DNA from: Nitrospirales bacterium
Lineage (GTDB): Bacteria; Nitrospirota; Nitrospiria; Nitrospirales; UBA8639
DNA: 64,000 bases
Direction: 5' to 3'
Assembly: GCA_965203295.1 (NCBI GenBank)
Contig: CBDBCZ010000016.1
Coordinates: forward strand, 576,001-640,000
Shown here: positions 52,301-62,646 of the stretch, in pieces
Layout: each line of letters opens with the position of its first letter
How positions within the stretch are numbered: position 1 is the stretch's first letter
Program-made: the position numbers and the translations under genes
Notes under the pieces: model-generated
Told to the model about the DNA's origin: nothing
Database searches by the model: none
Seen by the model: the letters and a program-made list of their open reading frames with translations, nothing else

Positions 52301-55300
52301 AATCCAGAGTAGTTTGTGTATTCATGGGAGATAAAATTCACCCAGAACCTCCACGTATCATCCTTTGATGCCATTGTTTGCAGAAAGCTGTGAAAGCCAT
52401 TGTAGGTATTGTTAATTGCACATAACAGTTCCTGATGACATGTGGATGTCATTGGCAGCTTATTTTCTCTCAGCTTGCAGATTGTGTCTGTGACTTGTTT
52501 CATGAGCTGCCGGGTGTTGACAGGTGTCTGTGCTATTGGTCCGGAGGGGTACTGGTGATCGTGCCGGAGCTGCTGCTGCTATTCCTGGTTTTCAAGGTAC
52601 GTACTTAGCATTACCCTGTAGATAGCTTCTCCTGCCGCGATTATGAAATTATTGGTTCGTTTAAAATTGGAACAGTTTTTAAGAGACGTTGCAGTCTCCC
52701 CTTTAAATCCCATTGCTGTAGCAATCTCCTTAAGGCCAGCTTCGTGGTATATCTTCATGATGACTGGCTGTAAATTCTTCAAAATGTGCCAATCTCCTGG
52801 GTATGGCAGAACCCAGTTGAGGTCTTCCTTGTTCTCAGTTTTCAACTCTTTCATTCGGTTATACGATTTGTAGTCACCAACTACGACTAGATATTTTAGT
52901 CGTGATCCAATTTGGAATTCTGTATGTAGCTGGTGTAGGACTTCCTCAACCGTTTGTGTTGTGTCTGCTGGTAGGTCCAGTATTGCTACATGAGTTACGT
53001 TTGAGACCTCCACCTCAAGTTTGTCAGCATTTAGAGCTGCAAATGACTTTAGGTCTCTTACCTGTTTGTCAGTGCCTTCAAGCAGCTGTTGCTCCATCAT
53101 GTAGCTGTATACTTGAGTTTGCAACTTTTCCAATTCTGACTTTTCAGTTTCAGACAATTTAATATCTTGCAGGGTAGGTGTTCGTACATTCTCACTTGCA
53201 GTCTCCTCAGACACTAGCTCCTGTGGTTCGAGCAAGATTCGAGTTGGGCTGGGCTCAACCGCCTGCACACTCGTGCCGTGCCACCCTCGTCTCTGGCTCC
53301 CTACGTACACCTGGGCATGAGGACTGTTCTTGTCGATGTTGTCAAAACTGGCTACGCAGAAGGCTTGTGGATGAAGATTTGTTTGTGTGCTTGTTTTGGT
53401 CTTCTCGGCTACAGCTTTTAGGTATCTGTCATGTGTATCTTTGGATGCTGTTGCCCCTAGCCTGTTGAGAATGCCCATCAAATTTGTTGAGCCATTACAA
53501 GCATCAACAGCTTCACTAAGGAGAACTTGTAAGAATGGTGTACAACTTGTGTCCACTGTAAACAGCAGAACACTAAGTGCAAAGAGCCTCCTGACCTTTT
53601 TAACATGTTGCATTTGTAGACTACAACATGTGTCTTCATGCTGGGATGCTGTTAAATTTTCAATAAAGGTCCATAGCTCCTTGTCAACTGAAGCGATGAT
53701 CGAGTCAATATTCAAGTTATCAGGAGACAAGGTAGCTGGATGCTTTGTACTGGCAAGGCTGCTGACTTCTTGTTTGATTGCCTGGTTCAAATGGTTTGCA
53801 ACTTCACAAATTTTTTTATCCTTTTCTCGTTTACTATCTGGGTTGAGTAGAAGTTGACTGCTCCTTTCATGGTGCCCTTTCCCTAGAAGGTTATGGAGTG
53901 TGCTGACTGTGTCAGAATTAGCTCGGTACAGCATAACACCATATTTTTTGGTCCCTCTATGAAGTTTTAAATGGTGACCAAGCAGAGCAATCAACCCTGT
54001 CAGTAGCCAGTTTGCAGAACGCTGCGGAATAGGGGTTACTCCAGTTGTTGCACATAGTGATTCCACTTCACTAGTGAATAGAGCATGGGCCTTTGGGAGT
54101 AGTAGTGCCTCACCTGACAGTAGCCTCCTACCAACTACAATGGCTACTTTCTGCTGTGCTTTATTTAGAATTGCATGATCGTCCCCACAGGGCCCACCAT
54201 TTGCTACTGTTTGGAGACCATCGAGGACTCCGAGAAGAGCGCTGTCTGTGCTGCAGGGCGGCTCCATTTTGCTGATAACAAGATGCGCCTGGTAGCACCT
54301 GTTACAGACGCAATCAAGCGAGGTTAGTTGTTTCTCAAAATCAAAGTATGTTTGAAGGTAGTCACTGATCTGGTCAGGCTCATGACAGGGTCGAAATCTC
54401 ATGCCTGGCCGTCTCTGTCGACCACATGTTGCACATTCCACCTGTGTAGTGTGCTTCCAAAACAAAAGATTGTGTTTTGAGCATAACGACAACCCATGAT
54501 TGTCATGTGGTATATTCTCTTGTCCAAAGCATTCGAGTAGCTGTTCATGGGTACCTGCAAAGGCTCGACTTGTCTCTCTAGAGCAGCCTTCAATACTGCA
54601 CTCCTGTTGGTAATTTGATTTTTCTTTTTGCCATCTTAGTGGGATAGTATTGTTCCTGAAGTGTTTGTGTGCTGACAAGTGGCAGTGCTTGCAGATGATG
54701 GCATTGTCAGGAAGACGCAGGTCTTCTGTATAGAATTTTAGTATGTGAGCTACTTTCACATTCTTGGGCTTAATATACGTTGTTGCTGGTGTTTTGGGGT
54801 CCTTACATAGGTAGCATTTTTCGACTTGGAGGTAGCTTTTCTTTGACGTAGTCTTTGGCATGCTATAAATGTACAGCAGAGTATCAGCTTATAGCTATGT
54901 AGTGGTGATATACATGTACTCATTGAGTAGAGAGAACCTGGTAATCCGGCTATAATTTTATCCCTGGCACCTACATTTTACCACAAGCACACACAGTTAT
55001 GAAGGTTTCAAAATTAGTGTTAACGGCACCTTAATTTGTCCCATAGCCATGTGCTTGCCTAGTCTCATTCCCAGACCCTCCCGCGACCGCACGGAAAATT
55101 ACCAGTGTTAGCTACGATGTTATCAAGCCACAATGAGCAGCAGCAACAAATCGAGCAGTTACTCACAAAGCCATCAGCTCATTGCAGTCCTGCTTGCCAT
55201 TGCGTTCATACTCGTGCAGTCGCCAGACGCTTTTCCGTTTTTGTTTTTTTTGCCTAGTGGGGTCACAGGAGGGTCTGGGAATGAGACTAGTGCTTGCCTT

Positions 55301-58300
55301 TGCTAATGCATATTAAACGAGTTATTACTTATTTCTATTAACATGCAATGGACCACTGATTGTTGTGCATTCACCTCTTGTAGGTCAGAAGAGGCGGCCA
55401 CTATGAAGATACAGATAAACAACTTTTATGGGACATCGTAGCAGAGAGTTAGTGTTCTGCATAACTTGAAAATGTATTATTTGGGAGGGAGGGGAAGGGG
55501 GTACTGTAGCACCAAATTTAGCCTGCCAACCACTACAATACTGTAGTGTAGGGAAGATCTACCTTTTTGCTGCTGTTCTGCTAAGTTGCAGCTGCTTAGC
55601 TGATGCGTACAAAAAAGGTACCGATGTTTGGGAGGGGCTGCTGCAGGGTCGCTTGGAAGATAGCGGTTGGAAATCTGGTTCCACTTCTCTCTCCGTGGCG
55701 GGTGTGAGACGCTACCTATGTTCAGTGTACTCTGGAAGGAATGAACTTTTGTATAGTGTGGTAGTTTGCTGTGTTTTATTTCATTGTAGAGAGAACCAGC
55801 CTTTTTTTTCTGTACCGTGAACCGCCTTAAATTATGTCGCCCATTGTCATTGTAATATTTCATTTCCGGGCCGAAAAATAAAATATGCTTAGAAATAGGA
55901 GTTTTGGGTGGGTTGCGGTACGACTGTAAGGTGAACTCCTCATCTGAGACCGGCTCTTGGTTGATGGTACGTACTGGCCTCGATCTGGACTGCTGTGGTC
56001 TCTGTGTCGGTTTCTTGCCACTCCTGCACGCCTTCGCAATGTGTCCCTTCTTCTGGCACTTGTGGCAGGTGGCATCCCGAAACCGACAAGCACTATGGGT
56101 GTGGTCAACACCCCCGCGGCGGTAGCATGGCTTACTGGGCGAAGTAGGGCTGGGTTTCCCTCTCTGCGGGACCATCCTGTAAACTGGTGCTGACTCGCCG
56201 CCTTGAAACTTCTTGAAACTTCTTGGCGTTCTTTTCTGCTGCCTCCATACCTTGGTCGGTTTCTGCAGCCTTAGCCAGCGTCAAATCAGCTTCTGACAGA
56301 AGGCGCTTCTGGATGCTCTGATTCCTTAGCCCACACACTAAGCGATCTCTTAGAGCTTCATTCAGATAATTGCCGAACTCACAGTGCGTGGCGAGCCGTC
56401 GCAGCTCGGCCAGGTACTCGGCGATGGACTGTTTCTTTAAGTGTAAGGTAATGGCATAAGAATAGCTATGCCATTGGGAGCATACTTTTATGATGTATGA
56501 ATGATAGCTGTGAAATATTGAACCTAGCTGTAAGCAATTGACTTTGGCAGCACTGGGGCTCCTTAATTGTGCACAAATTCAGTGAAGATAAGTTTGTCCA
56601 CACCTTTACCTTTGTGTAACTGAATGAAGTGGGGGCCTGGGAATGAGGATACCTCCCTGTCAGAAAGTACTCATACATGTAGAAAGAGACAATGGTACCG
56701 ATAACTTTTGCCATAGCTTTTATAGTGCAGTAAGTGCATGCTTTCAGTGGCCAAGAGGTACCTACACTTCCTTAATTACGTATTGACACTTGATTTTGAC
56801 TTTCACGATTGCACATTTGGACTTTCTGTTTCTTGGAACTTATGACTTTCGACTTCCTATTTCTCAAAATTTGATTGTTTTTGGACTTCCCCTTTCTTGA
56901 ACATTACCCTTGACCTAAAACTTTTAAATATATGATCTTCAACTGTACATGCATGCATCTGACTTTCTTCAGCTGGGCTGCAGCCTCACTGGAACTCTTG
57001 CCGGTGTAGGCCCGGGAAAGAGAGTATACTGATCAACAGTAATCATGTATATGGTTCAAGTCTCAGGCCAGCAGTCCCAGGATTATCAATAGGTGCTATA
57101 ACCTTGTTGTCATAGTTTGACCACCCATAAGTTGCCACTAGACATTGTAGTGTCGTGGGTTTACCTACTAGCCGATCGTGGCGGATTCGCTAGAGCACAT
57201 AAAACATCATATGGCATGTGGCAACTTCCAAGACCAGAGACAATTATACTGCACATGCGCAATGGGATACAATTACGTAATGGCCTAAATTCACTACAGA
57301 CATAGCTTAATAATTATTGTCCCTCCTGTAGCTACCCACCAGGAGGATAATTGCCCCATGACAGTGTGGCGGGGTTGAAAAATTGGTTTTGTCTGTCCGG
57401 CGAAATTTAGATTTATCCAATAATAACATCGAAACCAACAAAAGAGTACGTATTTGTATTGATAGTGGCCAAATGCTCCGCATCTCTCTCTCTTTAATTA
57501 TTTAACATCAGTATGGTCCACAAATCGTCCCAACTAGAATATGATGGGGGCCAGGTATACGGGCTCTGGATACATGTTTATATTGGTGTATACGTAGAAA
57601 AGTGTCCGTGCCATTAATATAGCAATAGGTCATGCCCAGCGGGGCTCTGATGGCACAGCCATGGGTATTTTACCAGATGTAAGTTGTAGTGCAGTGCCAG
57701 TCATCAGAGAGTACCGAGTATAGTATTGGCTAGAAACTGTTAGATAGATCCAAATTCACATTTGAGACAGGACTGATAAATAAAAGTTCCTTATTAAAGG
57801 TTATAGGCCCTACTGGAAATGAAAATGTTACAAATTTATGACTGTTCGTTGTTCATTGCTCAACAGCACAGCAAATGAAAGGCTGCAAAAGTATGCAGGG
57901 ATATAGTATAAAGGCTGGCCAGGAACTGAAAATTTGTCAGTGTGTGTGGTCCTTCCACTGTAAAGGTGCTATAATGACTTACCTGTTCGAAAGACATTCG
58001 CAGCATAGCTCCTAATCCAAGTGACAGATGCTCCACATGTCCAGACATTGAGAATGTAGACTTATTGCCATCTATTTAAGAATAATGATAGCTCAAGGGT
58101 CCTCAGATTTAAAATTACTTCTGACCGATTCCGCACTTACTACATTTGATGTATTAATTATGACATCGTATTTTAATATGACGACCGAATGATGTTAACA
58201 GAATCAATATTTCCACTTGGGCCTAACCTTATATGCAAACCATGGATTAGAGAATGTACAGCCTAGGTTCATGCCTTATCTCTTTCTGGGGTCAGTTTTT

Positions 58301-60817
58301 CTTCGTCAATACATGTGGACTTCGGACCACTTTGGCTTTGTTTATGTTAGACTATCTGTAGCTAAAATTCACAGTGCGCTTAGCTTTGGGGACAGTGAGT
58401 ATTTTAATGTTTTATTGAGCAGCTGCCAAGTGGACTAAAATTATCGTCAACAAAATTCAGTGCCAGGGGTCAATTAATCAATGATTGCAAACCCTGCTGT
58501 TTTTTAAACTGCAGACTCTACTACTGTAACAGCCAGGCATTCTGAAGCAACTGCTCACAGTATTGACCGAACACAGAGTGCTAGTGATGCATCTTCATCT
58601 GCGGAACCTAGAGAAAAACAAGGTTTTAGTTATTCCAAGAGTGCTAATTGCCAGCCCCACATGCAGCATCCATTATCCTGTTTTTCAGTCCACATACGAG
58701 TTATCCACAAAATTTTTATGTGGCCACACGTTCCACATTCACTTCTCCAACTTTGTGGCCTGGGAATGGGGCTAGAAAATTGCCTAGGCTGCAGCAGGGA
58801 AACTATTGCTAGGGAAGACAACCATGCTTCAGCGATGCTGACAATGGAGTTCTGCCATGTCTCCAAGTTGCCAACAAGTACCATGTGGGAGAGGACTAGA
58901 GTTAGGAGCGTTGATATGCATTTTATGAATGGTTGACAAGTTACATTGCAACATGCAAGGGCTTGCTTACACTCACCCATCAATGCTCTGCATTCCCCCA
59001 GTATTGTGTAAGTCTAGGATGATATGAGCACTTCGAGAGCTACAATGCAGAGCTACAGCTTTTAATTGATTTAGACCTGATGTGGGAAATCGGTTAATTT
59101 TACTAACAACTGCATACAAAAAAAAACGAGAATGCATTCATATCATAGCTAGAAGTCTCTAGCAGAGACATACCCCGCGCTGTATAATTCACAACTGGGA
59201 CCTGGCAGCACTGCAGACTTGGTTGATGAAGTAGTGTATATAGCTGGCTGTATCCGAACGCAGAGTGTACAGTGCTCATGTATGCGTATCCATATATCCT
59301 ATGCATATGGGAAGTGGTGGGTGTGACTGATTACCAATATGAACATGTGACCAGAGTCCGTATATTCCCGGCCCCCATCCTATTCTAGCTGCGACCATAT
59401 TAAAATGGCAGAATGTATCGTTGTTAAATAAGAAAGAGCTGCAGATGCAGCGAATGGAACCGCTTTGGTGACTATCAGGTACACACCCGCACATTTTTTT
59501 TAAGATTTCAATGTTACCGTCGTGTTTAGCAATCGCTTAACCCTGTAAATCGCGAGATAGCCCGATGTTTGAGTGGACAGACAACAGATGGACGGACAGA
59601 CAGAACCAATCGCTTAGCCCCGCCGCTGCCTATGCCTCGCAGAGTAATAATATGCCCTATCACTCCATAATACTGAAGTACAAGTAATTCTTAACTGATT
59701 ACCATACTGCTGAAGGTTAACAATCAAGGTTGTTCCAGATAAAAGTGTAAGTGTATTAATTAGGGTTTTTTAACGCCTCTAACCTCTTTCTTCAAACCGG
59801 CAAACATTACAAATCTATGTATGTCCTCAGGCCTGGAGTAAAGTAGAATTGAGTAGTAGGGCCAAGCATTGGGCCAGCACAGCTAAAATCGTACGAAAGC
59901 ACGCAGATGCTAGGCATGCCCGCCCAGGAATTTTTTTTTAGATTCTATGTTCTTAGATCACTTCTCAGCCATTCTGGGCCCAAAATTGGAACCACACTCA
60001 GTGAATGTTCTTCGTAGAAAACTACTCAGTGGTACATGTATGATTGTGGTGCACATAAATACTCTCACAAATTTATAATCAAGAAATGACTAATCGCAAT
60101 AATTTTGCCCAGAAGCTACCTCCTCCACGCCCCTCCAGTACTAGTTGCATTGCGGATGGCCAGGATGGGCTAGGCCGCAATATTGACAGCTTTCTCATGA
60201 AGGAGTCCGTGCCAGCAGCTAGCCATGATGATGCGCTACACGTGTAGCCTCACATAGCAAGGGCGGGGCTACTTTATTTTACGCACCCGCTGAAAAAGTG
60301 GTAGGGCGAAAGCCCTATCGACCCTACCGCTTGTACCGGTCCTGGTCCTTTAACTGTAGTTTGCAAGTGTTTATACCATTTTCTAGGCAATGAAATGCCA
60401 TTGACCTCATTTTCTACATATAGGCAATGGTAACACCAATTATATAGTTCCTTGTGCTTTTAGCAGAGAGATATAGCTATATAACATATACTGTTAGCAA
60501 TCAAATCTGTATTGCATCTAATGCCACTTACTAAGCATTAGTTACGATATGCCTGATTTTTAAACACGAGCCCAAGAGCGAGTGCTTATAAATCCATAAC
60601 ATCCCAACTGGGCATGATTTATTCACCCCAATAAATTTATTAACCTCCCAGCAACGTCAAATAAGTAAGTGATGGAGTCTGCATCATTATTTTCAGCGTC
60701 AGTATAGATGCGCTTGATTGGATCAGCTTTATAATATCAATCACCCTTGCTTTGCTACAGATGCTCAGAATGGTTCCAGACTACATTCTCCAATACCACG
60801 CAAACTTATTCTAAATG
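43308..60817 (+). CDS. Uncharacterised multi-exon gene, 3' incomplete. Exons 43308-43410, 43483-44307, 44917-44988, and probably 58515-58622 and 60761-60817. PA (protease-associated)-like domain followed by a Pro/Gln/Arg-rich tract
   Basis: Phase-1 GT-AG exons remain open when joined. ALILINVKD...KIPMLVITTNDGNFLTALLKQH resembles the C-terminal half of a PA domain. Three exons end in AA[T/C]G|GTATG. The last two exons are less certain. Confidence 0.55.
45973..49050 (-). pseudogene. pol: Gypsy pol (protease, RT, RNase H, integrase) with one in-frame TAG at 47755-47757
   Basis: VDTGAAVS (protease); YLDD (RT); RNYSQIEKE and TDHKPL (RNase H); H-H-C-C zinc finger, HIDFAGP, TDNGPQF and NGAAERFV (integrase). 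ORFs 47755-49068 and 45973-47712 are in the same frame, separated by a single stop. Confidence 0.93.
49684..54861 (-). pseudogene. Academ transposase-XPG-Cys8 protein (about 1600 aa), broken by one nonsense codon and three frameshifts, with an intron at 49777-49962
   Basis: N-terminal Cys/His fingers; transposase motifs FDNID, HGTSVQ, VVGDYKSY, PGDWHILKN, SVALDEAHE; XPG/FEN-like VIDGMF, EEADQR, DADI, SGCDYISYWHGLGK; terminal GCSCKSGC...CGCRKK...CGPEC-R-CHGCTN. TAG at 52579; frameshifts near 52240, 51573 and 50330. Confidence 0.8.
55060..55289. mobile_element. 230-bp non-autonomous TIR element (AcademH-like) inside the AcademX element
   Basis: TIR TAGTCTCATTCCCAGACCCTCC. Perfect 9-bp TSD GTGCTTGCC at 55051-55059 and 55290-55298. 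Confidence 0.85.
55931..56430 (-). pseudogene. gag: Gypsy gag, 5'-truncated and frameshifted, with two CCHC-type knuckles
   Basis: QSIAEYLAELRRLATHCEFGNYLNEALRDRLVCGL and CYRRGGVDHTHSACRFRDATCHKCQKKGHIAKAC. Confidence 0.85.
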
Positions 60818-61162
60818 GTATGACACTGTGTGTGCATTGTGCTTAGTAACATAAATTATTTTCATACTCAGTAATTTTATGGGTAGGTAGTCAATACTGC
60901 TCACCCACTGCACTTGTAATTGGGTAGTGGTTATCATGTAATCTTATTTCCAAGTACGTTGAAGTGGTGACTGTGCAGTTGTAGGGTTGTATATCGAGTG
61001 GAAGATGTCATGATGCTCTACTGAGTCAGGTTTTTTGCTGATGAATAGTTAACCAGTCATTATATGCGTCTGGTTGTGTGAATCTATAAGTTGGCTAATG
61101 GAAACAATAGTTGTCTGTGAGGCAGGGAGTGCTGAGTCTATTGTACATATAGCAGTGTAAGA

Positions 61163-62052
61163 TACAAGTAGTTGTGCTCGCTTCGCTCGCACAACTACTT
61201 GTGTGTGTTGAACTCGCTCGCTGCGCTCGCTCTGTACAGATGCAGATTAAACATGTAATCTGCATGTGATTTGTTGGTTTGTAGGGTACATTTAGCTAGT
61301 AGTGTTGCTGGCAGACTGAAACGTGGAGAGTGTTACAGTGAAGATTACAATAAACTGTAAAACAGTATAGGACTATAGCCTAGCTCTTCACAGCCATAGC
61401 CTAGTGTACATATCATGTAAGTGAATGGCAGATTCTATTCTCAGCATGACTACTTGCATGTTCATACATAAGAAAGGTTCAATGTCAGTAAATGTGCACA
61501 CCACATTCTAACCGGAGGCAGTGACTCAGAGAGGAGAGACTACAAACAGCTGCTAGACCACAAAGGTAAGTTAGCACTGTAGCATGGCTACTTGCATGTT
61601 CACCATATTCTTACCAGAGGCAGTGACTCAGAGGAGAGACTACAAACAGCTGCTAGACCAAACAGCCTAGCTATACCACAGGTTACATGCAGGCGAACGG
61701 CACCGACTCCATTTAATGCACATCGACATGGTTAGCCTAGCATAGCAGTTAGATTTCTGCTTGGCTTTCACTTACAGGACTATACCGAAACTAACCTTTG
61801 TGTTAAAGTGCCTGACATCGCGAGACTAAGTCTTGTAGTCGCTGGAAAGAGCTAGCATCTTCTCGCACTTCACATACAGACACGTGGTACTTTGACCTGT
61901 GACCGTGAACTGGTCACAGGTCGAAGGTGCATCCGGGAGCGCGCGCATGCGGCTTCCGTTTCCGTTTTTCACACGTACGCACGCACGCACGCACGCACGC
62001 ACGCACGGACGGACGAACGAACCCACGGACACAACCAGGCGTAATAATAGAT
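61163..62052 (+). mobile_element. Helentron/HINE-like repeat family (related copies about 28695-29480 and 19420-19862; inverted end at 17428-17494)
   Basis: Shared terminal hairpin AGTAGTTGTGC...GCACAACTACT, internal GGAGGCAGTGACTCAG blocks, and the end GGACACAACCAGGCGTAATAATAGAT. Confidence 0.6.
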
Positions 62053-62156
62053 GTTGTGTCAGTTATGAAATACATACATACATCCAATATTTGATTGCCT
62101 GTGAATATGGCTAGTGTGATTTTTGTGTGTTATAATCAGCTGCAATCATTCATGCT

Positions 62157-62594
62157 CAGAGGAGGTGCGTCAAGGTTTAAATTATGCATCACGTCATGCA
62201 CAAGCGTGCACTATTAATTGCGTTCTTTTAGCTATTACGCATGCGTACAAGTGCAGTGGCAGCTAAAACCTCGATTTTCTCACTATCTTGCCGGGGGCTC
62301 AGAGGGGCTCAGCCGCTCAAAAGGCTTACTTTTTGAAGGCGAATATCATGGAGCTAAAGATCGGGCTTCACTGTAAGAGTATATCGGTAAGCCACTCGCT
62401 AGGAGTACGGTAGATGCCTACAATGATGGTAGAAAATATTGATTGCTGATTTGTAGCAGTCGTTAGCTGGAAAGCCCTTCGAAAAGGTGACGCACAAACG
62501 CACAATTTCTCTCTTGCAAGTAAAATCGCTCGATACCCTTACTGGTCATGTGACTAGTTGACTCCTAGCACGTGATGCTGACGTACCTCCTCTG
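62157..62594. mobile_element. 438-bp MITE with CAGAGGAGGT[G/A]CGTCA TIRs and 9-bp TSD
   Basis: ATTCATGCT at 62148-62156 and 62595-62603. Confidence 0.8.
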
Positions 62595-62646
62595 ATTCAT
62601 GCTGATGAACATGGCAATATTGGGGTGCTGAAGGGAGAGTTGAGTA

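Larger units (their letters stand above)
49055..55926 (-). mobile_element. AcademX-type DNA transposon (6872 bp) inserted at the Gypsy gag/protease junction
   Basis: 16-bp TIRs CAGTCG[A/T]ACCGCAACC. 4-bp TSD TAAG at 49051-49054 and 55927-55930. Removing the element restores the in-frame Gypsy sequence EEFTL-FRVEGKG. It encodes a transposase, XPG-like nuclease and Cys-rich finger. Confidence 0.85.
45740..57298 (-). mobile_element. Gypsy (Mag-like) LTR retrotransposon, decayed and rearranged. LTRs 45740-45892 and 57146-57298; 5-bp TSD GACAT
   Basis: 153-bp LTRs bounded by TGTAGTG...CACTACA. Polypurine tract GGGAGGAG abuts the 3' LTR (minus strand, 45893-45900). GACAT at 45735-45739 and 57299-57303. 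Domain order gag-PR-RT-RH-INT. Confidence 0.92.

Noticed and set aside
49055..55926. Chapaev/CACTA or host XPG/tesmin gene
   Set aside because: TIRs plus a 4-bp TSD show it is a transposon, and the transposase-XPG-Cys8 layout fits AcademX rather than CMC elements or a host gene.
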